Assembly: GCA_013239625.1 (NCBI GenBank)
Contig: MU053504.1
Coordinates: 1,366,001-1,430,000 of the forward strand
DNA: 64,000 nucleotides
Source: Lama guanicoe
Taxonomy: Eukaryota
Direction of reading: 5' to 3'
A program made the translations under genes and the position numbers. Shown piece by piece: positions 46,820 to 62,676 of this stretch. The first letter of the stretch is position 1. Each line of letters starts with the position of its first letter. A model generated the notes under the pieces. It was not told where the DNA came from. It was given only the letters and a program-made list of their open reading frames with translations, and did not search any database.

Positions 46820-48326
46820 TCCATTCAACAAATAGTTTTTTAACTCTATTCTGTGCCAGGGTCTCTGCTGTGTGCTGTGGATTAAGCAGTGACCAAAATA
46901 GACCAAAAAAACCTTGTGTTGATGGGCTTACGGTCTAGCAGGGGAGATAGATATAAACTAACTGAATGAATAAAATGTATAGCAAGTTAGACGGTGACAA
47001 TATCTAAGGAGAAAAAGGAAGCCATCAGGGAAGATCAGAGAGCTCTTAGGAAAGTGATAGTGCAATTTCAGAGTATTTAAGGATGGCCTTGCTGAAAAGA
47101 TGACATTCGAACCAAGATCTGAAGGAAGTAAAGGAGTCAGCCAAGTATGACTCTGGGGGAAGAATGATCTTGGCAAGAGTGTACCCGTCGTGTTTAAAGA
47201 ACAGCAAGGAGGCCCGGATGACAGGAATCAGGGGGACAGGAGGAGACGATGTTGGGGATACACTAGGTGGGGCAGGAGGAAGATGAGACCATGAAGGGCC
47301 TCGTGGGTTGCACGGAGGCCATGCTTGTTGGCCGTTGTAAGGACTCTGGCTTTTATTCAGGATGACATGGAAGCCATTGAGGGTCCAAGAAGGATGGTCC
47401 AAAAAACATAGCTGGTTTATATTTTGACACGATTTTATCTCTAGTTCCTGTGTTGACAGGGACCTGTAGGAAGCAACAGTGAAGGGAGGTGAGATAGGAA
47501 ACCATTGCAGTTATCCAGGGGAGATGCTGGAGGCTGTGACAGAGAGGGATGTTACAGAGGAGGTGGTGAGAAGTGGTGGGATTCTGGATACACTTCATAG
47601 GCAGAACAGATAGGATGTGTTACAGATGGGAAGACAAGGCAGAGCAAGAGAAGCCAAAGAAGGATCCAAGGCTTCTGACATGAGCATCTTTAAGGGATGG
47701 GCTCCTATTGACTGAGAAGGGAGAGATTTCAGGAGAAGCAGGTTTGGGAGGAGGAAGGTCAGGGCTTTGGCTTTGGATGTGTTATATTTAAGATACTCGC
47801 TAAACCTCCAGGTGGAGATGTTGAGAAGCAGCTGAAACCATGAGTGTGGATCTCAAGGGGAGGGTCCAGGATACGGAGGTAGATTTGAATGAATGAAATA
47901 ACTGAGGGAACTAGTGTTGAAAGAAAATAAAAGTCCGAGAACTGCGTCCCAAGGTGTCCAGGGTTTAGAGGTCATGCAGATGTGGAACCAGCAAAGGAAA
48001 GTCAGAAGCCACAGCCAGGAAAGTAAAAGGAAAATCAGGGGAGTGGAGTGTCCTGGAAACCTCTATAGAAAACCTGTTCTGATAAACAAAATGTGGTGTA
48101 GCCATACTGTGCAGTATTATTTGGCCATAAAAAGGAATGAAGTACTGATACAATGTGGATGAACCTTGAAAACATTATACTACATGAAAAAAGTCACCAA
48201 AAAAACCCATGTTATATGATACCATTTATATGAAATGTCCAGAATAGGAAATCTAGAGAGACAGAACGTAGATACATGCTTGCTTAGGGCTGCAGGGTGT
48301 TTAATCAAGGGTGTGGCATGTTTTTG

Positions 48327-48362
<36 letters not shown>

Positions 48363-49680
48363 TGATAGAAATGTTTTAGAGTTGAAGGTTGTGATGGTTG
48401 TACATGTCTGTGAGCATACTAAAAACCATCAAATTGTGTACTTTAAATGAGTGAATTCAATGATATATGAATTGATCTCAATAGAGATGTGATTTTTTAA
48501 ATGCAAAAAAAATATCAAACTATTCCAAAAGGAGGCAGTTGTCAGCTGCATCGAATGCTCATGGATATGAGAAAAAGACTAAGAATTAACCATTAGATTG
48601 GTGACCTCAACAAGAGCTATTTCAGTGACTAAAGGGGCAGAATCCTGATACGGGGATGTCTAAGAGAGAACAGGAGAAGAGAGATTAGAGACAGTGGCTA
48701 GAGGAACTCTGGAGTTTCACTCTAAAGAGGTCAAAGAAACAGGCTGGTGGCAGGAGCCCAGTGGAAGGCTGAGAAAAAAACATAGCTTGTTCATATGCGG
48801 ATGACAAAAACCCAGGAAGAAATGGCAAAATGATGATGCAAGAGGTAGAAGGGGGAATTGCTGAAGCCACCATGTGTCCTCTAGTCAGCAAAGGGCAGGG
48901 CATCCCCTGCCCAGGTGGAGGACTGGTTTGAGCTGGGAGCCCAGATAAGTATCCATGGAAACAGCAGGGAAGACAGAACCTGGGTGTGGAAAGGGGTACA
49001 TGGGAGTACCCAACAACACCCATGTACCCAACATAGGAGCTTGCCAACCTTCTTTTCTGATTGCTTTGTTTTCTCAGTGAGATGGGAGGATGAGGATGGA
49101 AAGGGTGTGAAATAGTTGTCCAGAAGAGTGCATGGACCATGGAAATATTCTGTGATTGCCAAGCGGCACTAAGGGCTTGCTTGGAGATTTGTGGTTATAA
49201 ATTTAAAGTGAGACATTTCCCTAGCCACGCTGAGCCACATAAGTGCAGGTGCAGAACAGGTGAGTGTTTGCGTGTAGCCAGAGCGAGGGGTTTGCTAGGT
49301 GACTACAGGGAAACATGAGAGAGCAGAGAGTGAAAAGTGTAAGGGCTGTTTACAAAAATGGGGCAAGAAATTTAAGTTGGGTAAGGAGAGGTGCAGGGGA
49401 GAGTAAAGAGAAGGCATGATGAATGGAACACAGGTTATGATGGAGCCAAAGAATTACTGGAGTTTAGGTACTAGACAGAGGGGGGCGAGCTGGAGGTTAG
49501 AAGGTGGTCAGAGAGTGGGCTGTCTGTAGGTAGGATTATATGGAATTTGCATTTATTGGTAATGTGTAGCCAAGGGAGACTGGAGACAAGGTCACTGGAG
49601 GAGAGAGACTCAAGGAATGAAGAGGAGAGTGTGTTGGAAGAATTACCTATATTGATACTGAAATCCAGGAATTATGATTG
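46820..49680 (-). mobile_element. Long L2 remnant (antisense) with nested L1 3' fragment at ~48085-48510
   Basis: L2 3' end cattcaacaaata..tgtgccagg followed by typical purine-rich L2 body; internal sense L1M 3'UTR-like segment. Confidence 0.7.
48329..48361. repeat. (GT)n microsatellite
   Basis: Read directly. Confidence 0.95.
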
Positions 49681-49699
49681 ATTTTAATGACTTTTTATA

Positions 49700-52600
49700 G
49701 ATCCTAGAGACTGATCCTTTGTTGGGGAAGTAAATATCAAGTATCTTAATGCCGCTGAACTTATCAATCTTTTCCTCCTGGATTTTATTCTGTGTTTTAT
49801 TTTAGAAATCTTTCTCTATGCTGAGTCATAAAGATAGTCTCCTATATTTTCTTCTAAAGAGTTCACAGTTTTTCCTTTCACATGTAAGTTAGTAATCCCT
49901 GTGGAACTAATTTGGGGGCATGGTGTGAATTAAGATATCAATGGACTTATTTTTATTTATGAATCACTAATTATTCTGTTATCATTTATTAAATAGCTTA
50001 TCCTTTCTTACTGAACTGTGGTGCCATCTATGTCCTAAATCGATTTTCCTTCTATTTGCGGATCTGTTTCTAGACTCTTTGTTTTATTCCCTTGATCTAT
50101 TTGATAATCTCTATGCTAACATGACATTGTTTGAATCACTACAACTTAATAACTGATATAGACAAGTGTATAGGGCAAGCCTCCTCTCCTCTCTTGTTCA
50201 TCAGGGGAGCACTGGCTATTCGGCCTTCTGTGTTTCCATAAGAATTTTAGAATCCACCTATAAAGCTCCATTCAAACAAACACACGCACATCTTTGGGGG
50301 TTTTGATTAATATTACAATTAACTTATACATCAATTTGGAGGAGAATTCACATCTTTATGCTACTGAGTCTTCATCCATGAATACAATTTATCTCTCCAT
50401 TTAGGTAGATCTTCTTTAATGCCTTTCAATAAAAGTTTATAATTTTCTCAATAAAGGCCACCTACACTTGTTGTTTTCATTCATTCAATAAGTATTTATT
50501 CAGCATCTACTATGTACCAAGCACTGTTCTAGGTTCTAGAGATGCCACAGTAAACAAAGCGGACAAGAATATCCATACTCATGGAGGGAGAAGAAACTGG
50601 GGAGTGGGCAATAAACAGTAATTATAAGTATGTTAGAAAAAATAAGTATGTTAGAAGATGATAAGTGGAATGAAAACAAATATATATACAGGGAAACATA
50701 AGAGGGCTAGAGTGGAAAGTGTAAGGGGTGTTTATATATATATATATCTGGGACATTATGCTGTAGACCAGAAATTGACACATTGTAACAGACTATTCTT
50801 AAATTGAAAATAAATAAAATGCTTATTCTCTGCACACTTGCAGGGGGTAAAAAAAGATGATAGGTGGAAAATACAGAGAAAAATAAAACTGATAAGAAAT
50901 TTGGGGGTAGAGAAGGTGTGATTTTAAATGGAGTGGTCACAGTAGGCCAAAATAAGAAGGTGGAGTTTAAGGAAGGACTTGAAGAGGTGAGGGGATGAAC
51001 CATTTGGATGATCAACTGTAGCTTATTTCTAGGTACAATTTATATTTGTATTGTAAATTGTATCTTTTGTTACGTCTTCTTTTTGTTGAGATAGAGAAAT
51101 GCAATTGATATTTGCATGTAGATCTTTGTCTTTGGATTCGCTGTTTATTTAATTTTCCTGTAGATGCAGACATCTTATGTAAACAGTGACTTTAATTTTT
51201 CCTAGCCAATCTTTATGTATTTTGTTTCTTTTTCTCACTTTACTGCACTGACTAGAACCTGAAGTTCAGCCTTGAGAATGTAAACAGTGGTAATGGGCAG
51301 TCTTGTCTTGTTCTTTATTTTAAGGAAGTGTTTCCAGTGTCTCACCATTAAAAGTGTTGCTAACTATAACTATTTGGTAGCTATACTTCATCAGGTTAAA
51401 AACAGTTGGTATGAGAGTTTTTTATTTTTTTGTTTCTTTTTCATGGACAGATATTGAATTTCCCATGTTGCTTTCTTCTACATGTATTGCATTGATTATA
51501 TGGCTTTTCTCCTTTAAACTGTAATGCACTGAATTTCATTCATGGATTTTTTTTACTACTGAACTACTCCTGGCATAAACCTAACTTGATGATGATTTAC
51601 TATCTTCTTTATATGCTTCAGGATTTGCTTTGTTAATATTTAGGATTTTTGCATTTATATTCAACACTGATTGGCTTGTAATTTTCTTTTCTTACAATGT
51701 GTTTGTATGATTTTGACAATCAGCGGTATACCGGCCTCAAACAATTAGATGGGGCATGTTCTTTCTTTTACTATTTGCTGAATAAGTTTGTATGAGTTTG
51801 CAATAATTTGTTCCTTGAAGATTTCTTATAATTTGCTTTTAGTTTATGGGGTTGATGAAGAGAGGAGTTTTAAGCCATTTATTTAAATTTTAATGATCAT
51901 AAGACTATTCAGGCCTTTCTGTTTTGGTGAGTTACATTTTTTTAAGGAATTTGTACACTGTACCTAAGTTTGCAAATTTGTTTCCATAACGTTTATAATG
52001 TTCTCTTATCTTTTTGGTCTCTGCTGTATCTTTAGCTGTGAACCTTTTCCATTCCGATATTAACTGTGTCATCTTTTTCTTTGATGAGTTTTGCCAGCAA
52101 TTTTTCACTTTCACTAGTCTTTCCTAAAAACTGTCAGCTCTATCAGTCCTTTTCTGATGTTTTGCATTACATTAATTCTGCATTTATCTTCATTATCTCC
52201 CTTCTTAATTCTTTGGGTTTATTTTGTTGTTCTTTTCTCATTTCTTAAGTTGGATGTTTAGTTCATTAATTGTTGACCTTCTTCTTTACTAATGCTATGT
52301 CATTTCCTTAAAATACTGCTTTTCCTGTACCTCACATTATTATATGTCACGTTTTCATTATCACTCGGTTCCAAGGATTGTTAAATTTCCGTTATGATTT
52401 CTCTTTCAATACATGGGCTGTTTAGAAGTGTGTTTCCTTATTCTTTACCTGCAAATTAACTTTATGAGGTATAATTGATATATGATAAAATATGCGTAAA
52501 GTATACAATTAGAAACGTTTTGACATATGTATACACTGACGAAATTATCACCACAGTTGAGATAATGAAGGTTTTCTTCATCCCTGAAAGTTTCCTCATG

Positions 52601-55600
52601 CCCCCTGGACTCTCCCCCTCCCTCCCCTTATCTTCATCCTCAGGCAAATGTTGATCTACTTTGTGTCATGGGAGATTTGTTTGCATTTTCTAGAGTTTTG
52701 TATAAGTGGAATTATACCATGTGTGCCTTTTTTGTCTAGCTTCTTTAGCTCAGTATAATTTTTTTCATTTCATCCATGTTGTTGTGTTTATCAACAGTTC
52801 ATTTCTTTTTATAGCTGAATATATTCCTTTGTATGACTATAGCAAATGTGTTTGTGTCTTCATCTCTTGATAGACATTTGGATTGTTTCCAGTTTTTGTC
52901 TATTACGAATAAAGTCTTATAAACATTTATATATAAGCCCTTGTATGAGCAAGTGCAAAAAATAATTAGGAGTGGAATGGTTGTTGGATCATATGGTAAG
53001 TGTATACTTCGTAAGTAATTGCCTATTTTCCAAAGTGGTTGTACCATTTTACATTTCCCACCAGCAGTGTATGAGAGTTGTAGTTCCTCTACATTCTCAT
53101 CAGCACGAGAATGATCTATGCTTTTAATTTTAGCCATTCTATTAGGTGTGCAGTGGTATCTAACTGTGGTTTTAATTTACATATCCCCAATGACTAGTGA
53201 TGTTGAACATCTTTTCATGTGTTTATTTGCCATCCATGTTTTCTTGGGTGAAGTGTCTTTTCAAATTTTCCACCTTCACCCCCTCCTTTTTATTGTGTTA
53301 TTTTTTTTATTACTGAGTTGTGAGAATTCTTTATACATTGTGAATAAAAATCAGATAAATATTTTGCAAAAAATTTTCCCAGTCAGTGGCTTGTCTTTTC
53401 ATTCTCATAATTGTTTTTTGAAGAGTACAAGTTTCTAATTTTGATAAAATCCAATTTATAATTTTTTTCTTTTGTGTATTGTGCTTTTGGTGTCATAGCT
53501 AAAAATATCTTTACCTACCCCCAAGGTCACAGAAAATTTCCCCTTTTTTCCTACAAGTTTTGTATTTTTAAGATTTACATTTAGGTGTAGGATCCACTTT
53601 GAGTTAATTTTGTACATGAAAGAGAAATATGGATTCAAGGCGTTTTGTTTTGCAATACATACATATTCACCTGTTCCAGCATTATTTCTTTTAAACTTTG
53701 TACAAAATCAGTTGTTTATATATGTGTGGGATTATTTCTGGACTCTTTATTCTGTTCCATTGATTCTTTGGTCTAGCTTTTATGCCAGTACCACACTGTT
53801 TCAATTACTGTTGCTTTATAGTAATTCTTGAAATCAGGTAATGTAGGTCCTCCAACTTTGTTTCTTCTTTTTCTTTGCAATTCCATATGAATTTGAGCTA
53901 GTCAATTTCCGACAAGCCCATTGAGATATTGATTGGGATTACTTTGAATCTATAGATCAATTTGGGAAACTTGATATCTTAACAATATTGAGTCTTCCAA
54001 CAGATGACCAAGGTAAATCTCTCCATCTAAATCTTTATTTAGAGTTTCCTCGATCTCTTTCATCAGTATTTTGTAGTTTTTGGAGTACAGATCTTTCACA
54101 TCGTTTGTTCAGATTTATCCCTTAGAACTTCTTTATTTTGATGCTATTGCAAATGCTGTTTTAAATTTCAGTTTCCAATGATTTGTTTCTGGTATATATA
54201 AGCATGAATTTTTGTATAACTGATCCTGTAGCCTGCAGCCTTGCTAAAGTCACTTCAGTAGTTCTAGTAGCTTTTTAAAGAGTCCATCAGATTATCTTTA
54301 TAGACAATCATGTCGTCTGCAAATAAAGACACTTTTCATTTATTCCTTTCCAATTGGGATGTCTTCTATTTATTTTTCTTGCCTGGATATACTGGCTAGA
54401 CCTTCCAGTAGTACAATGTTAAATAGTAGTAATGGCGAAGATGGACATCTGTCTTGTTCCTGATCTTAGGTGGAAAGTACTCAGTCTTTCACCATAATGT
54501 ATATATGTATTTATGTATGTATGTATGTGTGTGTAGCTATAAGTCTTTCATAGGTGCCTTTTATCAGGTTGAGGAAATTCTCTACTATTTTTAGTTACTG
54601 AGAGTTTTGATTTAACATCCAGAAATGGATATTAGATTTTGTCAAGGGTTTTTTCTGCATCTAGTAAGATGATCATTTTTTTTTAAGTTTAATATGATGA
54701 ATTACATCAGTTGGTTTCCTGAGGTTAAACTAACCCTACATTTCCCAGGTAAACCTCACTTGGTCATGGTGTAATATCTTTTTTATATATTGTTGGACCA
54801 ATAATAAAATTTTGTTTAGAGTTTTTTCATTTATATTCATAATGAGTATTTGTCTCTAGTTTTCTTGTAACTTTTTTGTAGGGTTTTGGTATCAGATATG
54901 CTGATATAATGACCTCATAGAATGAGTTGGGAGGTAGCTCCAATTCTTCAAATTTTTAGAAGCATTTGTGTGGAATTGTTATTACTTCTTCCTTAAATGC
55001 TTGGTAGAATTCACCAGTGAAGCCATCTGAGCCTGGACTTTCTTTGTGGCAAGTATTTTAACTGTAATTTCAATATCTCTGATAGATTATTCTATTATCT
55101 ACTTTGTCTAGAATGAACTTCGGTAATTTGTATTTTTCAAAGAATTTGCCCATTTCTTATAAGTTGTTGAATTTGTTGGCATAAAATTGTTCATAATATT
55201 CTCTATCCATTTACTATCTCTAGAATCTGTAGTGATGTCACCACTCCTATTTCTGATGTTGGTAAATTATGTCTTCTCTCTCTTTTTTCCTGATCAGTCT
55301 GGCTACAGGTTTATGCTTTTTATTGACCTTCCAAAAGAACCCATTGGTTTCATTGATTTTCTCCATTGCTTATCTGTTTCCTATTTTGATATTTATTAGT
55401 TCTTTTTTTCTGCTTAGTTTTGAGTTTAATTTCCTCTCCTTTTTCTACTTTCCTAGAGTGGAAGCTGAGGTCATTGATTTAAGACCTTTCTTTCATCTAA
55501 AACAGACTTTTAGTATTATACATTTCTCCCTGAGTACTGCTTTAGGGTCATACCACAAGTTGTGATATGTTGTGTTTTCATTTCTATTTAATTAAAAATA

Positions 55601-58600
55601 CTTTCTAATTTCCCTTTTGAGTTTTTTAACCCATGTACTATTTAGTTTCAAAAATTGGGGTATTCTCTTAGGATCTTTCCATTTTTGATTTCTAATTTAA
55701 TTCAATCGTTATCAGAGAACACATACTTTGTATGACTTGAATGCTTTTGAATTTATTGAGACTTGTTTTATGGCCCAGAAAATAGCCTAACTTGGTAAAT
55801 GTTTTACATGACTTGGGAAGAATGTGTATTCTGTTGTTGTTGGATGTAATGTTCTATAAATATCAAACAAGTCGAGTTAGTTGATAAGTGTTGTTTGAGT
55901 CTAGTATATCCTGACTGATTTTCTGCCTATTTTTTCTCTCACTGAGACTAAGGTACTAGAATGACCAACTGTTATTGTGGATTTGTCTGTTTCTCCAAAT
56001 TGAGGCTCTATTAGTCTTGCTTCACTTAATTTGAAAAACTGTTACTAGGTACATAGATATATAGGATTATTATGTCCTCTTGTTTAATTGGCCCCTCTCT
56101 TATGAATTCATGAAATCTACTTTGATAATAATATTGTCATTCCAGCTTTCTTTTGACAATTATTAGCATGATAAATCTTTTCTACTGTTTTACTTTCAAG
56201 GCATTTCTTATAGACAGCATATAGTTGTCTTTTTTTTTAAATCTGATCTGATCATCTCTTCCTTTTAATTGACATATTTAGACTACTTACATTTAATGTG
56301 ATTATTAATATGATTAGGTTTGATATTTGCTTTCTATTTGTTCTGTCTCTTTTTTATTCTTCCTTTTTTCCACTTTCAGATTATTCAGGGGTTTTTTATT
56401 ATTATTCCATTTTATCTCATTTTTGGCTTATTAACAAACCTGTTTTGTTACTTTAGTAATTGCTTTAGGATTTAAAATACACATCTTTAACTTATTGCAA
56501 TCTACCTCCAGTTATACCACTTCATGCTATTATTATGAATGTAATTTTTATATATTTTATATAATACAGAGTACATTATTTTCATTTAAACAATTATTTT
56601 TAAAGAGATTTAAATTATATGAAAAACATGTTATATATTTATCCATATAGTTACTATTTCTAGTGCTCTTCATTTTTTCCATAGATCTAGATTTCCATCT
56701 GGTGTTATTGTTCTTATGCCTGAAAGGCATCCTTTAAAATGTCTTATATTTTTTGAAAGATATTTTCACTGAGTATAGAATTATAGGTTGACAGTATTTT
56801 TTTATTGTTGTTTTTGTTAATGTTGTTTTAAGATGTTGTTCCACTGTCTTTTCTCTGCATTCCCAATAAGGAATCTGATACTATTGTTGTCTTTTTCCTC
56901 TGTACCTACCATTTCTTTTTATCTTTGGCTGCTTTTAAATTTTTTCTTTGTTATTCATTTTTAGCAATTTGATTATGATGTGCTTTGGGGTAGTTTTCTT
57001 TGTGTTTCTTGTGCTTGGAGTTCATTGATCTTTTTGGATCTAGGAGTTTACAGTTTTTGTTACATTTGGAAAGTTTTTTTTACCATTATTTCTTCAAAAA
57101 AATTTTTGACCCTCCTCCTTTGGGGACTCCAGGTACCCAGATATTAAAATGTTTGAGGTTATCCTGCAGCTCACTGAATCCTTTCATTTTCTTGGATTTT
57201 TTTTTCTGTTTTTTATTTTGGATAGTTTTTGCTGCTGTGCCTTCAAGTTCATTAATCTTCTCTTCTGAAATATTTCATCTGTTGTTAATCCCTTCTAATA
57301 TATTTTTCATCTCAGGCATTGTAGTTTTCATGTCTACAAGTTCGATTTGTATCTTTTTGATATCTTCCATGTCTCTGCTTGAATTTTTGAACATGCCAAA
57401 TACAATTATAATAACTCTTTTAATGTCCTTTTCTGGTAATTCTAACATCTGTGTCTATTCCATGTCAGTTTCACTTGAATGGTTATTCTCCTCATTTGGG
57501 ATCTTTTTTTGTGGGTGTATGCATGTTGGCATGCCTGTTGTGAATTTTTCCTTATTGTGTGGTGGATATTTTTGTATTCCTGTAAATCTTTGTTCTGCGA
57601 TGCAATTAAATTACTTGGAAATAGTTTGATCTTTTTGAGTCTTGCTTTTACGATTTATTAGATGGGTTTGCAGCAATACTCAATCTGGAACTCATTTTTC
57701 CCCACTACTAACGTAAGTCATTCCTGAGTACTCTACCCATTGTCCCGTGGATTATGAGTTTTTTTCAGTCTAGCTAGTAGAAACAGGCATTATTCCCATC
57801 TCTATGAGAGCACCGACTGTTCCTTTTATTTCTTTTGAGTGATTCTTTCCTTGGCATTGGTTAGTTTCCTCCAAGGGGACCCTTCGCAAGTTTCTGATTT
57901 CCCTTTCTATGCACTTCTCTCATTTGTGAGACTCTCTCCTATGAGTCTAGCTACTGTGATCTCCCTGGATTCTCAATTCCATCTCCTCAACACTAGAAGT
58001 TTGTTGTGCTCTGTCTCAGTTCCCCATGCCTATGCTGAAGCCTGGAAACTCTCAAAGCAGTCTGCTGGGACATCTGTCAAATCTACCTCATCTATTACCC
58101 ATCTTTCAGAGGTCACTGTCCTTTGTTGTCTAATGTCTCAGAAAATGTTGCTTCGTGTATTTTGTCTGGTTTGTTTTGTTTTCCGACCACAGATAAATGT
58201 GGTCTGTGTTACTCTATCTTGGCTAGAAGCAGAAGTGTGTTTCTTAATTTCCAAACATGTCATACTTTCCTAGTTATTTTTGTTACTAATTTCTAACTTA
58301 ATTGTGAGTTCAAGTGGGTCTACCATTTTATATATGCCCACTATATCAGGGTTGTTAATTGTGTTGTTCAGATCTGTCTTCATTTATCTTTGTCTGCTTG
58401 ACCTATTAAAAACAGAGAGATGAGGTTATAATCTTCAACATGAACTTTCAGCTTACCTTTTTAGGTTTAATCAATGATATCCCACATAGATAAGCTAAAA
58501 GTTCATGTGAAAGATTAATATATAATTATGTATTATATATCTTATTGACTATTTCATTATGTATGGACAAGTTTTAAAATCTTATAGCTTCCTCCTGAAT

Positions 58601-61600
58601 TGAACCTTTTATCAATATTGATCCTTTATTTGTAATAATATTTTTGCTTTAAAGTTATTTTATCTGATATTATTTAAAGGCTCTCTCAAGTTACTTTTGG
58701 TTATATTTGCCTCATATGCCTTTTTCCATCCTTTTATTTTCAACTGTAATGTGTCCTTATGTTTCAGATATTTCTCTTTTAGCAGTATATTGCTGGATTA
58801 ATTTTTTTAATCTAGTCTATTTTTAACAGGTAAGTTTAGCCCATTTACTTTCCTGAGATTATTTATTTCAACTATTTTCTATCATCTTGCTTTATGCTTT
58901 CTGTTTGTTCCACTTCTTCTATGTTTCTTTGTTTTCCTTCTTACTATTTAAAAAATTGAGTATTTTGTTTGATCTAGTGTATTTCTTATTCAACTTTTTC
59001 CCATTACTGGCTTAGAAGTTTATTTTCTTCATTTCTATGCTTTTAGTTATTACTCTTGAAATTTACAGTATAGTCTTAACAAAGTCATAATTCCTTTCCC
59101 AACTTATTTTAGGATCTTTGACAGTGGTGTACTGGAGCTGGCTCATACTGATCCACACAAGCTAATTGTTAGCATCTTTTCTCAATCCTGTATTTAGTGA
59201 CATCACATTGGTTGCTTGAAATCAGCCATGGTGGAAATCAACAAACATTATAAATCAGAAGGCTTTCCCTCTCTGGAATTGGTTGTTAAACATTTACCAG
59301 CACACCACTGATATTAGACCATTCTGTTACCCCTGCCCCATTTATAAGCCATGTAGTACAGATTTTTAATTGCTTTAAAATTCTACACTTTGTTATTATT
59401 CTTTTTGTTACATATGAACAATTTTTCTTTAGATTTACTAAGTTTTTTGCTCTACTCTTCCTTCTTTTATCTCACAACTTCTTCTGGGGTCATTTTCTCT
59501 CTTTCTGAAGTACATCTTTTAGGAGTTTGTACTTTAGTGAAGGTCTGTGGTGGTAAACAGCATACTCACTTTTGTTTTGCTATTAATGTCTTTATATCAC
59601 TCTCTTTCTTGAAAGATGGTTTTCCTAGCAACACAATTCTAGATTGATAATTATTTTCTACTTAGCACTTTGAAAATATTTCCATTATTGCTGTTGAAAA
59701 GCACAGCACAGTTGGCATTCTATTGTGGGTAAACTCTTTCCCCTTTCTGTGTATAAGAACATCTCTTTGTCTTTGGAGTTCTTCAGTTTCATTCTGTATG
59801 TGTTCTGCAGTTTCATTCTGTGTGTAGTTCTGGATTTTTTAAAAATCCTGCTTAGTATTTGCTGACCTACTTGTATCTATGGATTTATATCTTTTATCAC
59901 TGCTGGATAATGTTAGCCTTTGTCTAACATTACATCTCATTCATTTTCTCTCTTTTCTCATTCTGGCACTCCAAATGACACCCCAATTTGGACTTTTATT
60001 CTATCCTCCATATAGCCTAAATAACTTTATGTTTCTAACCTATTTTTCTCTTCATACTACATTTTGGGTAATTATTTTTATTCATCTTCCAGTTCACTAA
60101 TTCTCTCTTTAGCTGTATCTAAGCTATTGTTTAATTCATCCAATGAATAACTTCTAATTTTGGTGATTTTATTTTTCATTTATAGAAGTTTTATTTAGCT
60201 CTTTTTCAGACAACTTGGGTGGTCGCTTGTTGCTTACTCATTTTTTAAAATTAACTTTATATTTCTTTAAAGTTGTTTTGCTTATTTGACATTTTGTATT
60301 TGGTAAGTGCAATACCTGAAGTCCTTGGGGTTCTAAATCTGTTGTTTATTATTTCTGCTGACTCTCATTCATGAGGCTTGTTTCTTGATTTGGTGTTTTT
60401 GTTGTTGTGGTGTAGTGATCATTTTAGCTCATATTTTATTGAATCAAATCAGGTCCAAAATGGGGTATACTTTCCTCTGGAAGGATCTGTGTTTGATTCT
60501 AACAATAATAGGAAGTACTACCCACCTGGGACCTTTTTGGATTCCTCCAGGGCCCTCCTCTGAGGTGTCTCTGTTCTCCCTCCCCATGTTTATATTGTCA
60601 TTTGTCATAGTACAGCCTTACTATTTGTGTTAGCTTATAATTCATGGCTCTCACTCAGATTTTAACTCACTTGTTTTAGTTTTTAATATCCTTGGAGATT
60701 TTCCTTATTTTTTAGATAAAAGCTCAGGATCTAGTTGTAAGGAAGTCACTTCAAGATATGTAGTCTGCCATAATGCTGGAGGAGGAAGTCATCCATTTGG
60801 AATTTACTTTGGTGAAAGGTAGGAAATATGGGTCCATCTATATTTTTTCTGATAGCTGCTAGTTGTCCCAAGAGTGATTACTGAATAATCCATTTTCCCC
60901 CACCGATTGTAAGTATCACCCATGCTGCAGTCTAAATGTAATAGTGTATATTTCTGGACTTCCCATCCTATTTCATTATACCTGCCATCTCTTTATTGAC
61001 ATGGAAATATGATGCTGTTTTAATTTGTGAAGATTTCTAACATGTTTTAGTACCTGGTAGATCTAATACTTCCTCCCCATTTCTCTTATATTTTCCCAAT
61101 TATTCTTAATTATATTTTTGGTATTAACTTTACAATTAGATTGTTTAGGTCACCAAAAAATTACTTCCTGATGTCATTTTTTAAATTATGGTGAAAAATA
61201 TGTAATATAAAATTTGCCATCTTTACTATTTTTAAATGTACAGTTCAGTAGTGTTTAGTATATTCACATTGTTGTGCAACAGATCTCCAGAACGTTTTCT
61301 TCTGGCAAACCTGAAACTCTATAGCCATTAGACAGTGACTCCCCATTTCCCCCTTCCCTTGTCCTGATAGCCACCATTCTACTTTCTGTTTCTTTGAATT
61401 TGGCTACTTTAGATACCTCATATAAGTAGAATCATACAATTTTTATCTTTTTTTGTAACTAGCTTATTTTTACTTAGCATAATGTTCATCCACGTTGCAG
61501 CATGTAACAGGATTTCCTCCCTTTATAAGGCTGTATAATATTCCATTATACATTATGTATGTGTCTGTGTATGTGTGTGTGTCTATAGTTTGTTTTGCTA

Positions 61601-62400
61601 TTCCTCCCTTACTGCCTCTCTTGTGTTAAAGGTTCAGCATGTGTGTTGGGGCATACCTTCAGTTGCTCCAGCAGTTTACAACTTTGCCTTAACCTTTACT
61701 TCCTGCTTGTACAGGGTTTCAGGCTCAGCTGGAGATGAGAGACTAGGGCCTTCAGAGATCTTTCCTGTACGTGTGCTCTTCCCTGCATGTACACATGGCC
61801 TTCTAGACATCCAGGAATATATAAGAGCTTTTCAGAGCCCTCTATGAACATCTTATTCCCACTTTTTTCTTAAAAATTTTTGGCCAGATTCTTGTTTTCT
61901 CCAAACAATACATTGCCTCAAGCAACAGCAGTGTTAAACAACTGCCACTTGTTTTCAGCAAACACCCTCAGGATAGGGCATTTCCCACTAAGACATCTCT
62001 GAGTCAGGTCAAATAACAAGTCCTGCAAAGGGGGCTGTCAGACTAATCACATAGTGACATTTGGCTGGGAATACAGCTTGTTGAGAAGCTCCAAACTCAA
62101 TCTGTCCCTTCTAGTGGCTACTAGGCCAACTACCATGGTCGCAAAGACTATTGCACAGCTGGGGAGAAGCGGATGGGAACAGGACAAATAAAAATACTGC
62201 AAAGCTCTCTGTTCTTACTAAGATTCAACCATTTTCCTTGAATAAATATTCCTTGGATTGTTGCAAACCTTTTGTTAATTTTCAGAGTCCTGAAAAAGTT
62301 GATTTTGACAGTTTTTGCCTGTTGTTCCTATTGCTGTGTGGAGAAATGGATTTTTAAAATCCTTGCTCTGCATTTCTCAAAGTTCTATTCCTGAAATTGA
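49700..62400 (-). mobile_element. Nested old L1 fragments, mostly antisense to EBF4
   Basis: T-rich + strand with L1 ORF2/3'UTR reverse-complement motifs (e.g. ttccaaagtggttgtaccattttacatttcccaccagcag, tagaattcaccagtgaagccatctg). Boundaries approximate. Confidence 0.8.
59122..59310 (+). mobile_element. MER63-like hAT DNA transposon
   Basis: TIRs cagtggtgtactgg / ccagcacaccactg. Confidence 0.75.
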
Positions 62401-62676
62401 TATTTTTAATCTAGGTACAGAATTTTACATTGTTCTCTGTTAAAAATGATGTAGGGGCTTCGGCACAGCATTCATCCAGTCATAGTAATCTTGAATCAGT
62501 GAGCACCTGCTGTGGGGCAGGCACTATGATAGATGCTTGGGAAAAGAGAAAGAAGTTTAAACAATAATTCCTGCCCTCTGAAAGCTTACAGAGCAGTTGA
62601 GGAGACAAAATATAATTACATAAGCCTTTACATAATGATAAAAGGAACTAGAGGACAGGGTAAGGCTTTAAGACAA

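Noticed and set aside
57000..57629. 209-aa hydrophobic ORF
   Set aside because: T-rich antisense strand of a decayed L1; the F/L/I/S bias is compositional.
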